Origin: Lingula anatina
Lineage: Eukaryota > Animalia > Brachiopoda
Direction of reading: 5' to 3'
Length of the DNA stretch: 64,000 nt
NCBI GenBank assembly: GCA_051362555.1
Contig: CM120645.1
Span: 17,546,001 to 17,610,000, forward strand
Shown here: in pieces, positions 38,801 through 53,600 of the stretch
How the letters are laid out: each line of letters starts with the position of its first letter
How positions within the stretch are numbered: position 1 is the first letter of the stretch
Notes under the pieces: model-generated
Databases searched by the model: none
Seen by the model: the letters and a program-made list of their open reading frames with translations, nothing else
Told to the model about the DNA's origin: nothing
Made by a program: the position numbers and the translations under genes

Positions 38801-41800
38801 TTAAAATAGTTAAACGTTAATAATTTTCACAAATCTTGTCTAATTTTTGTGAAATTTGGATAGATGATGTATAACAACAATACAAATCTGTGATAAGCTC
38901 ATCAGTTGACTGTGTCTCATTTAAAAGATTTTTTTGGACAATAAATTTGAGAAAATTGAAAATGACACTGAGAAAACTGCAAAATGCGGTGCCTTAAAAT
39001 AGTTAAACGTTAATAATTTTCACAGATCTTTTTCAATATTTGTGAAAGTTGGAGAGATGATGCTTAACAATAACAAAAATCTGTGATAAGCTTAACAGTT
39101 GACAGTGTGTGATAGAATTGTAGTTGATTGACATTTTGTATGTGAAGAGTGAGAATTATCTACAATATTTTTTTTTCAATTTCACAACATCTAATTAGAC
39201 TCACATTAAACATCAAATATTATGATTTGAGTTTGTTTGTGTAAGAGGTGACAAATTACCCATAATTGTCCTCTGGAAAAGAATATATACCCATTTAAGA
39301 CATCTCCTTACTACCAATACCAGATGCAGATTCCTCCTTACAATCGGTTTCTGGAATAGGGTTTAGCACACCATTTGACAATGTCCTAAAGCTTGCCATA
39401 TACCATCTATTGTACACATGGATGAGACATAGCATTGCTCTTGCTGTTGTCTTTTGCTGTCTGTTTTTTCTATAGGAATTAGCCCTGATCAGACAGGAAG
39501 AATCAGTTCACCAAAAAAGCCATCACGCTGTATGGAAAAGGTCACCTGGAAAAAGAACAATATGTTTGATAAAAGTGAAAATTAAATTCTAAAAATTGAC
39601 AAATTTCCCACACTTAAATATTTGAACAATAATTTTGATTAACTTAACCTAAACAGTTGACTATGTCTAATAAAAAGGACATTTTCAGAACATATTAATT
39701 TGAGAAATACTGAAAATGACATTGAAAAGACTGCCAAATTCCATGGCTTGAAATAGTTAAACGTTAATAATTTTCACAAATCTTGTCCAATATTTGTGAA
39801 ATTTGGACAGATGATACATAACAATAATAAAAATCTGTGATAAGCTCATCAGTTGACTGCGTCTCATGAAAAACATTTTTTAAAGCATATAAATGTGAGA
39901 AAACTGAAAATGACATTGAAAAGACTGCCAAATTCCATGGCTTGAAATAGTTAAACGTTAATAATTTTCACAAATCTTGTCTAATATTTGTGAAATTTGG
40001 ACAGATGATGCATAACAACAATAAAAATCTGTGATAAGCTCATCAGTTGACTGTGTCTCATGAAAAAGATTTTTTTGGACAATTAATTTGAGAAAACTGA
40101 AAATAACACTGAAACGACTGCCAAATTCCATGGCTGAAAATAGTTAAACGTTAATAATTTTCACAAATCTTGTCTAATATTTGTGAAATTTGGATAGATG
40201 ATGCATAACAATAATAAAAATCTGTGATAAGCTCATCAGTTGACTGCGTCTCATGAAAAACATTTTTTAAAGCATATAAATGTGAGAAAACTGAAAATGA
40301 CATTGAAAAGCCTGCAAAATTCCATGGCTTAAAATAGTTAAATGTTAATAATTTTCACAAATCTTGTCTAATATTTGTGAAATTTGGATAGATGATGCAT
40401 AACAACAATAAAAATCTGTGATAAGCTCATCAGTTGACTGTGTCTCATGAAAAAGATTTTTTTTTGGACAATTATTTTGAGAAAACTGAAAATAACACTG
40501 AAACGACTGCCAAATTCCATGGCTTAAAATAGTTAAACATTAATAATTTTCACAAATCTTGTCTTATATTTGTAAAATTTGGATAGATGATGCATAACAA
40601 CAATAAAAATCTGTGATAAGCTCATCAAATGACTGTGTCTCATAAAAAATATTTTTTTGGACAATAAAATTGAGAAAACAGAAAATGACATTGAAAAGAC
40701 TGCAAAATGCGGTGCCTTAAAATAGTTAAACGTTAATAATTTTCACAAATCTTGTTCAAGATTTGTGAAATTTGGACAGATGATGCATAACAATAATAAA
40801 AATCTGTAATAAGCTCATCAGTTGACTATGTCTCATGAAAAACATTTTTCAGAGCATATAAATGTGAGAAAACTGAAAATGACATTGAAAAGACTGCCAA
40901 ATTCCATGGCTTAAAATAGTTAAACATTAATAATTTTCACAAATCTTGTCTAATTTTTGTGAAATTTGGACAAATGATGTATAACAACAATACAAATCTG
41001 TGATAAGCTCATCAGTTGACTGTGTCTCATTTAAAAGATTTTTTTGGACAATAAATTTGAGAAAATTGAAAATGACACTGAGAAGACTGCAAAATGCGGT
41101 GCCTTAAAATAGTTAAACGTTAATAATTTTCACAAAACTTTTTCAATATTTGTGAAAGTTGGAGAGATGATGCTTAACAATAACAAAAATCTGTGATAAG
41201 CTTAACAGTTGACAGTGTGTGATAGAATTGTAGTTGATTGACATTTTGTATGCGAAGAGTGAGAATTATCTACAATATTTTTTTTTCAATTTCACAACAT
41301 CTAATTAGACTCACATTAAACATCAAATATTATGATTTGAGTTTGTTTGTGTAAGAGGTGACAAATTACCCATAATTGTCCTCTGGAAAAGAATATATAC
41401 CCATTTAAGACATCTCCTTACTACCAATACCAGATGCAGATTCCTCCTTACAATCGGTTTCTGGAATAGGGTTTAGCACACCATTTGACAATGTCCTAAA
41501 GCTTGCCATATACCATCTATTGTACACATGGATGAGACATAGCATTGCTCTTGCTGTTGTCTTTTGCTGTCTGTTTTTTCTATAGGAATTAGCCCTGATC
41601 AGACAGGAAGAATCAGTTCACCAAAAAAGCCATCACGCTGTATGGAAAAGGTCACCTGGAAAAAGAACAATATGTTTGATAAAAGTGAAAATTAAATTCT
41701 AAAAATTGACAAATTTCCCACACTTAAATATTTGAACAATAATTTTGATTAACTTAACCTAAACAGTTGACTATGTCTAATAAAAAGGACATTTTCAGAA

Positions 41801-43387
41801 CATATTAATTTGAGAAATACTGAAAATGACATTGAAAAGACTGCCAAATTCCATGGCTTGAAATAGTTAAACGTTAATAATTTTCACAAATCTTGTCCAA
41901 TATTTGTGAAATTTGGACAGATGATACATAACAATAATAAAAATCTGTGATAAGCTCATCAGTTGACTGCGTCTCATGAAAAACATTTTTTAAAGCATAT
42001 AAATGTGAGAAAACTGAAAATGACATTGAAAAGACTGCCAAATTCCATGGCTTGAAATAGTTAAACGTTAATAATTTTCACAAATCTTATCTAATATTTG
42101 TGAAATTTGGACAGATGATGCATAACAACAATAAAAATCTGTGATAAGCTCATCAGTTGACTGTGTTTCATGAAAAAGATTTTTTTGGACAATTAATTTG
42201 AGAAAACTGAAAATAACACTGAAACGACTGCCAAATTCCATGGCTGAAAATAGTTAAACGTTAATAATTTTCACAAATCTTGTCTAATATTTGTGAAATT
42301 TGGATAGATGATGCATAACAATAATAAAAATCTGTGATAAGCTCATCAGTTGACTGCGTCTCATGAAAAACATTTTTTAAAGCATATAAATGTGAGAAAA
42401 CTGAAAATGACATTGAAAAGCCTGCAAAATTCCATGGCTTAAAATAGTTAAACGTTAATAATTTTCACAAATCTTGTCTTATATTTGTGAAATTTGGATA
42501 GATGATGCATAACAACAATAAAAATCTGTGATAAGCTCATCAAATGACTGTGTCTCATAAAAAATATTTTTTTGGACAATAAAATTGAGAAAACAGAAAA
42601 TGACATTGAAAAGACTGCAAAATGCGGTGCCTTAAAATAGTTAAACGTTAATAATTTTCACAAATCTTGTTCAAGATTTGTGAAATTTGGACAGATGATG
42701 CATAACAATAATAAAAATCTGTAATAAGCTCATCAGTTGACTATGTCTCATGAAAAACATTTTTCAGAGCATATAAATGTGAGAAAACTGAAAATGACAT
42801 TGAAAAGACTGCAAAATGCGGTGCCTTAAAATAGTTAAACGTTAATAATTTTCACAAATCTTGTCTAATTTTTGTGGAATTTGGATAGATGATGTATAAC
42901 AACAATACAAATCTGTGATAAGCTCATCAGTTGACTGTGTCTCATTTAAAAGATTTTTTTGGACAATAAATTTGAGAAAATTGAAAATGACACTGAGAAA
43001 ACTGCAAAATGCGGTGCCTTAAAATAGTTAAACGTTAATAATTTTCACAGATCTTTTTCAATATTTGTGAAAGTTGGAGAGATGATGCTTAACAATAACA
43101 AAAATCTGTGATAAGCTTAACAGTTGACAGTGTGTGATAGAATTGTAGTTGATTGACATTTTGTATGTGAAGAGTGAGAATTATCTACAATATTTTTTTT
43201 TCAATTTCACAACATCTAATTAGACTCACATTAAACATCAAATATTATGATTTGAGTTTGTTTGTGTAAGAGGTGACAAATTACCCATAATTGTCCTCTG
43301 GAAAAGAATATATACCCATTTAAGACATCTCCTTACTACCAATACCAGATGCAGATTCCTCCTTACAATCGGTTTCTGGAATAGGGT

Positions 43388-46300
43388 TTAGCACACCATT
43401 TGACAATGTCCTAAAGCTTGCCATATACCATCTATTGTACACATGGATGAGACATAGCATTGCTCTTGCTGTTGTCTTTTGCTGTCTGTTTTTTCTATAG
43501 GAATTAGCCCTGACCAGACAGGAAGAATCAGTTCACCAAAAAAGCCATCACGCTGTATGGAAAAGGTCACCTGGAAAAAGAGCAATATGTTTGATAAAAG
43601 TGAAAATTAAATTCTAAAAATTGACAACTTTCCCACACTAAAATATTTGAACAATAATTTTGATAAACTTAACCTAAACAGTTGACTATGTCTAATAAAA
43701 AAGACATTTTCAGAACATATTAATTTGAGAAATACTGAAAATGACATTGAAAAGACTGCCAAATTCCATGGCTTGAAATAGTTAAATGTTAATAATTTTC
43801 ACAAATCTTGTCCAATATTTGTGAAATTTGGACAGATGATGCATAACAACAATAAGAATCTGTCATAAGCCCATCAGTTGACTGTGTCTCATGAAAAAGA
43901 TTTTTTTGGACAATTAATTTGAGAAAACTGAAAATAACACTGAAACGACTACCAAATTCCATGGCTTAAAATAGTTAAACGTTAATAATTTTCACAAATC
44001 TTGTCTAATATTTGTGAAATTTGGACAGATGATGCATAACAACAATCAAAATCTGTGATAAGCTCATCAGTTGACTGTGTCTCATGAAAAACATTTTTCA
44101 GAGCATATAAATGTGAGAAAACTGAAAATGACATTGAAAAGACTGCCAAATTCCATGGCTTAAAATAGTTAAACGTTAATAATTTTCACAAATCTTGTCT
44201 AATTTTTGTGAAATTTGGATAGATGATGCATAACAACAATAAAAATCTGTGATAAGCTCATCAAATGACTGTGTCTCATAAAAAATATTTTTTTGGACAA
44301 TAAAATTGAGAAAACAGAAAATGACATTGAAAAGACTGCAAAATGCGGTGCCTTAAAATAGTTAAACGTTAATAATTTTCACAAATCTTGTCTTATATTT
44401 GTGAAATTTGGATAGATGATGCATAACAACAATAAAAATCTGTGATAAGCTCATCAAATGACTGTGTCTCATAAAAAAATATTTTTTTGGACAATAAAAT
44501 TGAGAAAACAGAAAATGACATTGAAAAGACTGCAAAATGCGGTGCCTTAAAATAGTTAAACGTTAATAATTTTCACAAATCTTGTTCAAGATTTGTGAAA
44601 TTTGGACAGATGATGCATAACAATAATAAAAATCTGTGATAAGCTTAACAGTTGACAGTGTGTGATAGAATTGTAGTTGATTGACATTTTGTATGCGAAG
44701 AGTGAGAATTATCTACAATTTTTTTTTTTCAATTTCACAACATCTAATTAGACTCACATTAAACATCAAATATTATGATTTGAGTTTGTTTGTGTAAGAG
44801 GTGACAAATTACCCACAATTGTCCTCTGGAAAAGAATATATACCCATTTAAGACATCTCCTTACTACCAATACCAGATGCAGATTCCTCCTTACAATCGG
44901 TTTCTGGAATAGGGTTTAGCACACCATTTGACAATGTCCTAAAGCTTGCCATATACCATCTATTGTACACATGGATGAGACATAGCATTGCTCTTGCTGT
45001 TGTCTTTTGCTGTCTGTTTTTTCTATAGGAATTAGCCCTGACCAGACAGGAAGAATCAGTTCACCAAAAAAGCCATCACGCTGTATGGAAAAGGTCACCT
45101 GGAAAAAGAACAATATGTTTGATAAAAGTGAAAATTAAATTCTAAAAATTGACAACTTTCCCACACTAAAATATTTGAACAATAATTTTGATAAACTTAA
45201 CCTAAACAGTTGACTATGTCTAATAAAAAAGACATTTTCAGAACATATTAATTTGAGAAATACTGAAAATGACATTGAAAAGACTGCCTAATTCCATGGC
45301 TTGAAATAGTTAAATGTTAATAATTTTCACAAATCTTGTCCAATATTTGTGAAATTTGGACAGATGATGCATAACAACAATAAGAATCTGTCATAAGCCC
45401 ATCAGTTGACTGTGTCTCATGAAAAAGATTTTTTTGGACAATTAATTTGAGAAAACTGAAAATAACACTGAAACGACTACCAAATTCCATGGCTTAAAAT
45501 AGTTAAACGTTAATAATTTTCACAAATCTTGTCTAATATTTGTGAAATTTGGACAGATGATGCATAACAACAATCAAAATCTGTGATAAGCTCATCAGTT
45601 GACTGTGTCTCATGAAAAACATTTTTCAGAGCATATAAATGTGAGAAAACTGAAAATGACATTGAAAAGACTGCCAAATTCCATGGCTTAAAATAGTTAA
45701 ACGTTAATAATTTTCACAAATCTTGTCTAATTTTTGTGAAATTTGGATAGATGATGCATAACAACAATAAAAATCTGTGATAAGCTCATCAAATGACTGT
45801 GTCTCATAAAAAATATTTTTTTGGACAATAAAATTGAGAAAACAGAAAATGACATTGAAAAGACTGCAAAATGCGGTGCCTTAAAATAGTTAAACGTTAA
45901 TAATTTTCACAAATCTTGTCTTATATTTGTGAAATTTGGATAGATGATGCATAACAACAATAAAAATCTGTGATAAGCTCATCAAATGACTGTGTCTCAT
46001 AAAAAAATATTTTTTTGGACAATAAAATTGAGAAAACAGAAAATGACATTGAAAAGACTGCAAAATGCGGTGCCTTAAAATAGTTAAACGTTAATAATTT
46101 TCACAAATCTTGTTCAAGATTTGTGAAATTTGGACAGATGATGCATAACAATAATAAAAATCTGTGATAAGCTTAACAGTTGACAGTGTGTGATAGAATT
46201 GTAGTTGATTGACATTTTGTATGCGAAGAGTGAGAATTATCTACAATTTTTTTTTTTCAATTTCACAACATCTAATTAGACTCACATTAAACATCAAATA

Positions 46301-46443
46301 TTATGATTTGAGTTTGTTTGTGTAAGAGGTGACAAATTACCCATAATTGTCCTCTGGAAAAGAATATATACCCATTTAAGACATCTCCTTACTACCAATA
46401 CCAGATGCAGATTCCTCCTTACAATCGGTTTCTGGAATAGGGT
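43388..46443. repeat. Two consecutive 1528-bp units of a distinct subfamily lacking the usual terminal monomer
   Basis: Landmarks 43388, 44916 and 46444. Private variants 'aagaatctgtcataagcccatc' and 'acgactacca'; the gttcaagat-type monomer runs directly into the spacer. Confidence 0.88.
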
Positions 46444-47625
46444 TTAGCACACCATTTGACAATGTCCTAAAGCTTGCCATATACCATCTATTGTACACAT
46501 GGATGAGACATAGCATTGCTCTTGCTGTTGTCTTTTGCTGTCTGTTTTTTCTATAGGAATTAGCCCTGACCAGACAGGAAGAATCAGTTCACCAAAAAAG
46601 CCATCACGCTGTATGGAAAAGGTCACCTGGAAAAAGAACAATATGTTTGATAAAAGTGAAAATTAAATTCTAAAAATTGACAACTTTCCCACACTAAAAT
46701 ATTTGAAAAATAATTTTGATAAACTTAACCTAAACAGTTGACTATGTCTAATAAAAAAGACATTTTCAGAACATATTAATTTGAGAAATACTGAAAATGA
46801 CATTGAAAAGACTGCCAAATTCCATGGCTTGAAATAGTTAAACGTTAATAATTTTCACAAATCTTGTCCAATATTTGTGAAATTTGGACAGATGATGCAT
46901 AACAACAATAAAAATCTGTGATAAGCTCATCAGTTGACTGTGTCTCATGAAAAACATTTTCAGAGCATATAAATGTGAGAAAACTGAAAATGACATTGAA
47001 AAGACTGCCAAATTCCATGGCTTAAAATAGTTAAACGTTAATAATTTTCACAAATCTTGTCTAATTTTTGTGAAATTTGGATAGATGATGCATAACAACA
47101 ATAAAAATCTGTGATAAGCTCATCAAATGACTGTGTCTCATAAAAAATATTTTTTTGGACAATAAAATTGAGAAAACAGAAAATGACATTGAAAAGACTG
47201 CAAAATGCGGTGCCTTAAAATAGTTAAACGTTAATAATTTTCACAAATCTTGTCTTATATTTGTGAAATTTGGATAGATGATGCATAACAACAATAAAAA
47301 TCTGTGATAAGCTCATCAAATGACTGTGTCTCATAAAAAAATATTTTTTTGGACAATAAAATTGAGAAAACAGAAAATGACATTGAAAAGACTGCAAAAT
47401 GCGGTGCCTTAAAATAGTTAAACGTTAATAATTTTCACAAATCTTGTTCAAGATTTGTGAAATTTGGACAGATGATGCATAACAATAATAAAAATCTGTG
47501 ATAAGCTTAACAGTTGACAGTGTGTGATAGAATTGTAGTTGATTGACATTTTGTATGCGAAGAGTGAGAATTATCTACAATTTTTTTTTTTCAATTTCAC
47601 AACATCTAATTAGACTCACATTAAA

Positions 47626-50600
47626 CATCAAATATTATGATTTGAGTTTGTTTGTGTAAGAGGTGACAAATTACCCACAATTGTCCTCTGGAAAAGAATA
47701 TATACCCATTTAAGACATCTCCTTACTACCAATACCAGATGCAGATTCCTCCTTACAATCGGTTTCTGGAATAGGGTTTAGCACACCATTTGACAATGTC
47801 CTAAAGCTTGCCATATACCATCTATTGTACACATGGATGAGACATAGCATTTCTCTTGCTGTTGTCTTTTGCTGTCTGTTTTTTCTATAGGAATTAGCCC
47901 TGACCAGACAGGAAGAATCAGATCACCAAAAAAGCCATCACGCTGTATGGAAAAGGTCACCTGGAAAAAGAGCAATATGTTTGATAAAAGTGAAAATTAA
48001 ATTCTAAAAATTGACAACTTTCCCACACTTAAATATTCGAACAATATTTTTGATAAACTTAACCTAAACAGTTGACTATGTCTAATAAAAAGGACATTTT
48101 CAGAACATATTAATTTGAGAAATACTGAAAATGACATTGAAAAGACTGCCAAATTCCATGGCTTGAAATAGTTAAACGTTAATAATTTTCACAAATCTTG
48201 TCTAATATTTGTGAAATTTGGACAGATGATGCATAACAACAATAAGAATCTGTGATAAGCTCATCAGTTGACTGTGTCTCATGAAAAAGATTTTTTTGGA
48301 CAATTAATTTGAGAAAACTGAAAATAACACTGAAACGACTGCCAAATTCCATGGCTTAAAATAGTTAAACGTTAATAATTTTCACAAATCTTGTCTAATA
48401 TTTGTGAAATTTGGATAGATGATGCATAACAATAATAAAAATCTGTGATAAGCTCATCAGTTGACTGCGTCTCATGAAAAACATTTTTTAAAGCATATAA
48501 ATGTGAGAAAACTGAAAATGACATTGAAAAGACTGCAAAATTCCATGGCTTAAAATAGTTAAACGTTAATAATTTTCACAAATCTTGTCTAATATTTGTG
48601 AAATTTGGATAGATGATGCATAACAACAATAAAAATCTGTGATAAGCTCATCAGTTGACTGTGTCTCATGAAAAAGATTTTTTTTGGACAATTAATTTGA
48701 GAAAACTGAAAATAACACTGAAACGACTGCCAAATTCCATGGCTTAAAATAGTTAAACGTTAATAATTTTCACAAATCTTGTCTTATATTTGTGAAATTT
48801 GGATAGATGATGCATAACAACAATAAAAATCTGTGATAAGCTCATCAAATGACTGTGTCTCATAAAAAATATTTTTTTGGACAATAAAATTGAGAAAACA
48901 GAAAATGACATTGAAAAGACTGCAAAATGCGGTGCCTTAAAATAGTTAAACGTTAATAATTTTCACAAATCTTGTTCAAGATTTGTGAAATTTGGACAGA
49001 TGATGCATAACAATAATAAAAATCTGTAATAAGCTCATCAGTTGACTATGTCTCATGAAAAACATTTTTCAGAGCATATAAATGTGAGAAAACTGAAAAT
49101 GACATTGAAAAGACTGCCAAATTCCATGGCTTAAAATAGTTAAACGTTAATAATTTTCACAAATCTTGTCTAATATTTGTGAAATTTGGATAGATGATGT
49201 ATAACAACAATACAAATCTGTGATAAGCTCATCAGTTGACTGTGTCTAATTTAAAAGATTTTTTTCGACAATAAATTTGAGAAAATTGAAAATGACACTG
49301 AGAAGACCGCAAAATGCGGTGCCTTAAAATAGTTAAACGTTAATAATTTTCACAAAACTTTTTCAATATTTGTGAAAGTTGGAGAGATGATGCTTAACAA
49401 TAACAAAAATCTGTGATAAGCTTAACAGTTGACAGTGTGTGATAGAATTGTAGTTGATTGACATTTTGTATGCGAAGAGTGAGAATTATCTACAATATTT
49501 TTTTTTCAATTTCACAACATCTAATTAGACTCACATTAAACATCAAATATTATGATTTGAGTTTGTTTGTGTAAGAGGTGACAAATTACCCATAATTGTC
49601 CTCTGGAAAAGAATATATACCCATTTAAGACATCTCCTTACTACCAATACCAGATGCAGATTCCTCCTTACAATCGGTTTCTGGAATAGGGTTTAGCACA
49701 CCATTTGACAATGTCCTAAAGCTTGCCATATACCATCTATTGTACACATGGATGAGACATAGCATTGCTCTTGCTGTTGTCTTTTGCTGTCTGTTTTTTC
49801 TATAGGAATTAGCCCTGATCAGACAGGAAGAATCAGTTCACCAAAAAAGCCATCACGCTGTATGGAAAAGGTCACCTGGAAAAAGAACAATATGTTTGAT
49901 AAAAGTGAAAATTAAATTCTAAAAATTGACAAATTTCCCACAATTAAATATTTGAACAATAATTTTGATTAACTTAACCTAAACAGTTGACTATGTCTAA
50001 TAAAAAGGACATTTTCAGAACATATTAATTTGAGAAATACTGAAAATGACATTGAAAAGACTGCCAAATTCCATGGCTTGAAATAGTTAAACGTTAATAA
50101 TTTTCACAAATCTTGTCCAATATTTGTGAAATTTGGACAGATGATGCATAACAACGATAAAAATCTGTGATAAGCTCATCAGTTGACTGCGTCTCATGAA
50201 AAAGATTTTTTTGGACAATTAATTTGAGAAAACTGAAAATAACACTGAAACGACTGCCAAATTCCATGGCTTAAAGTAGTTAAACGTTAATAATTTTCAC
50301 AAATCTTGTCTTATATTTGTGAAATTTGGATAGATGATGCATAACAACAATAAAAATCTGTGATAAGCTCATCAAATGACTGTGTCTCATAAAAAATATT
50401 TTTTTGGACAATAAAATTGAGAAAACAGAAAATGACATTGAAAAGACTGCCAAATTCCATGGCTTAAAATAGTTAAACGTTAATAATTTTCACAAATCTT
50501 GTTCAAGATTTGTGAAATTTGGACAGATGATGCATAACAACGATAAAAATCTGTAATAAGCTCATCAGTTGACTATGTCTCATGAAAAACATTTTTCAGA

Positions 50601-53600
50601 GCATATAAATGTGAGAAAACTGAAAATGACATTGAAAAGACTGCAAAATGCGGTGCCTTAAAATAGTTAAACGTTAATAATTTTCACAAATCTTGTCTAA
50701 TTTTTGTGAAATTTGGATAGATGATGTATAACTACAATACAAATCTGTGATAAGCTCATCAGTTGACTGTGTCTCATTTAAAAGATTTTTTTGGACAATA
50801 AATTTGAGAAAATTGAAAATGACACTGAGAAAACTGCAAAATGCGGTGCCTTAAAATAGTTAAACGTTAATAATTTTCACAGATCTTTTTCAATATTTGT
50901 GAAAGTTGGAGAGATGATGCTTAACAATAACAAAAATCTGTGATAAGCTTAACAGTTGACAGTGTGTGATAGAATTGTAGTTGATTGACATTTTGTATAC
51001 GAAGAGTGAGAATTATCTACAATATTTTTTTTTCAATTTCACAACATCTAATTAGACTCACATTAAACATCAAATATTATGATTTGAGTTTGTTTGTGTA
51101 AGAGGTGACAAATTACCCATAATTGTCCTCTGGAAAAGAATATATACCCATTTAAGACATCTCCTTACTACCAATACCAGATGCAGATTCCTCCTTACAA
51201 TCGGTTTCTGGAATAGGGTTTAGCACACCATTTGACAATGTCCTAAAGCTTGCCATATACCATCTATTGTACACATGGATGAGACATAGCATTTCTCTTG
51301 CTGTTGTCTTTTGCTGTCTGTTTTTTCTATAGGAATTAGCCCTGACCAGACAGGAAGAATCAGATCACCAAAAAAGCCATCACGCTGTATGGAAAAGGTC
51401 ACCTGGAAAAAGAGCAATATGTTTGATAAAAGTGAAAATTAAATTCTAAAAATTGACAACTTTCCCACACTTAAATATTCGAACAATAATTTTGATAAAC
51501 TTAACCTAAACAGTTGACTATGTCTAATAAAAAAGACATTTTCAGAACATATTAATTTGAGAAATACTGAAAATGACATTGAAAAGACTGCCAAATTCCA
51601 TGGCTTGAAATAGTTAAACGTTAATAATTTTCACAAATCTTGTCCAATATTTGTGAAATTTGGACAGATGATGCATAACAACAATACAAATCTGTGATAA
51701 GCTCATCAGTTGACTGTGTCTCATTTAAAAGAATTTTTTGGACAATAAATTTGAGAAAATTGAAAATGACACTGAGAAGACCGCAAAATGCGGTGCCTTA
51801 AAATAGTTAAACGTTAATAATTTTAACAAAACTTTTTCAATATTTGTGAAAGTTGGAGAGATGATGCTTAACAATAACAAAAATCTGTGATAAGCTTAAC
51901 AGTTGACAGTGTGTGATAGAATTGTAGTTGATTGACATTTTGTATGCGAAGAGTGAGAATTATCTACAATATTTTTTTTTCAATTTCACAACATCTAATT
52001 AGACTCACATTAAACATCAAATATTATGATTTGAGTTTGTTTGTGTAAGAGGTGACAAATTACCCATAATTGTCCTCTGGAAAAGAATATATACCCATTT
52101 AAGACATCTCCTTAATACCGATACCAGATGCAGATTCCTCCTTACAATCGGTTTCTGGAATAGGGTTTAGCACACCATTTGACAATGTCCTAAAGCTTGC
52201 CATATACCATCTATTGTACACATGGATGAGACATAGCATTGCTCTTGCTGTTGTCTTTTGCTGTCTGTTTTTTCTATAGGAATTAGCCCTGATCAGACAG
52301 GAAGAATCAGTTCACCAAAAAAGCCATCACGCTGTATGGAAAAGGTCACCTGGAAAAAGAACAATATGTTTGATAAAAGTGAAAATTAAATTCTAAAAAT
52401 TGACAAATTTCCCACACTTAAATATTTGAACAATAATTTTGATAAACTTAACCTAAACAGTTGACTATGTCTAATAAAAAGGGCATTTTCAGAACATATT
52501 AATTTGAGAAATACTGAAAATGACATTGAAAAGACTGCCAAATTCCATGGCTTGAAATAGTTAAACGTTAATAATTTTCACAAATCTTGTCCAATATTTG
52601 TGAAATTTGGACAGATGATACATAACAATAATAAAAATCTGTGATAAGCTCATCAGTTGACTGCGTCTCGTGAAAAACATTTTTTAAAGCATATAAATGT
52701 GAGAAAACTGAAAATGACATTGAAAAGACTGCCAAATTCCATGGCTTGAAATAGTTAAACGTTAATAATTTTCACAAATCTTGTCTAATATTTGTGAAAT
52801 TTGGACAGATGATGCATAACAACAATAAAAATCTGTGATAAGCTCATCAGTTGACTGTGTCTCATGAAAAAGATTTTTTTGGACAATTAATTTGAGAAAA
52901 CTGAAAATAACACTGAAACGACTGCCAAATTCCATGGCTTAAAATAGTTAAACGTTAATAATTTTCACAAATCTTGTCTAATATTTGTGAAATTTGGATA
53001 GATGATGCATAACAATAATAAAAATCTGTGATAAGCTCATCAGTTGACTGCGTCTCATGAAAAACATTTTTTAAAGCATATAAATGTGAGAAAACTGAAA
53101 ATGACATTGAAAAGCCTGCAAAATTCCATGGCTTAAAATAGTTAAACGTTAATAATTTTCACAAATCTTGTCTAATATTTGTGAAATTTGGACAGATGAT
53201 GCATAACAACAATAAAAACCTGTGATAAGCTCATCAGTTGACTGTGTCTCATGAAAAAGATTTTTTTTTGGACAATTATTTTGAGAAAACTGAAAATAAC
53301 ACTGAAACGACTGCCAAATTCCATGGCTTAAAATAGTTAAACGTTAATAATTTTCACAAATCTTGTCTTATATTTGTAAAATTTGGATAGATGATGCATA
53401 ACAACAATAAAAATCTGTGATAAGCTCGTCAAATGACTGTGTCTCATAAAAAATATTTTTTTGGACAATAAAATTGAGAAAACAGAAAATGACATTGAAA
53501 AGACTGCAAAATGCGGTGCCTTAAAATAGTTAAACGTTAATAATTTTCACAAATCTTGTCTAATTTTTGTGAAATTTGGATAGATGATGCATAACAATAA

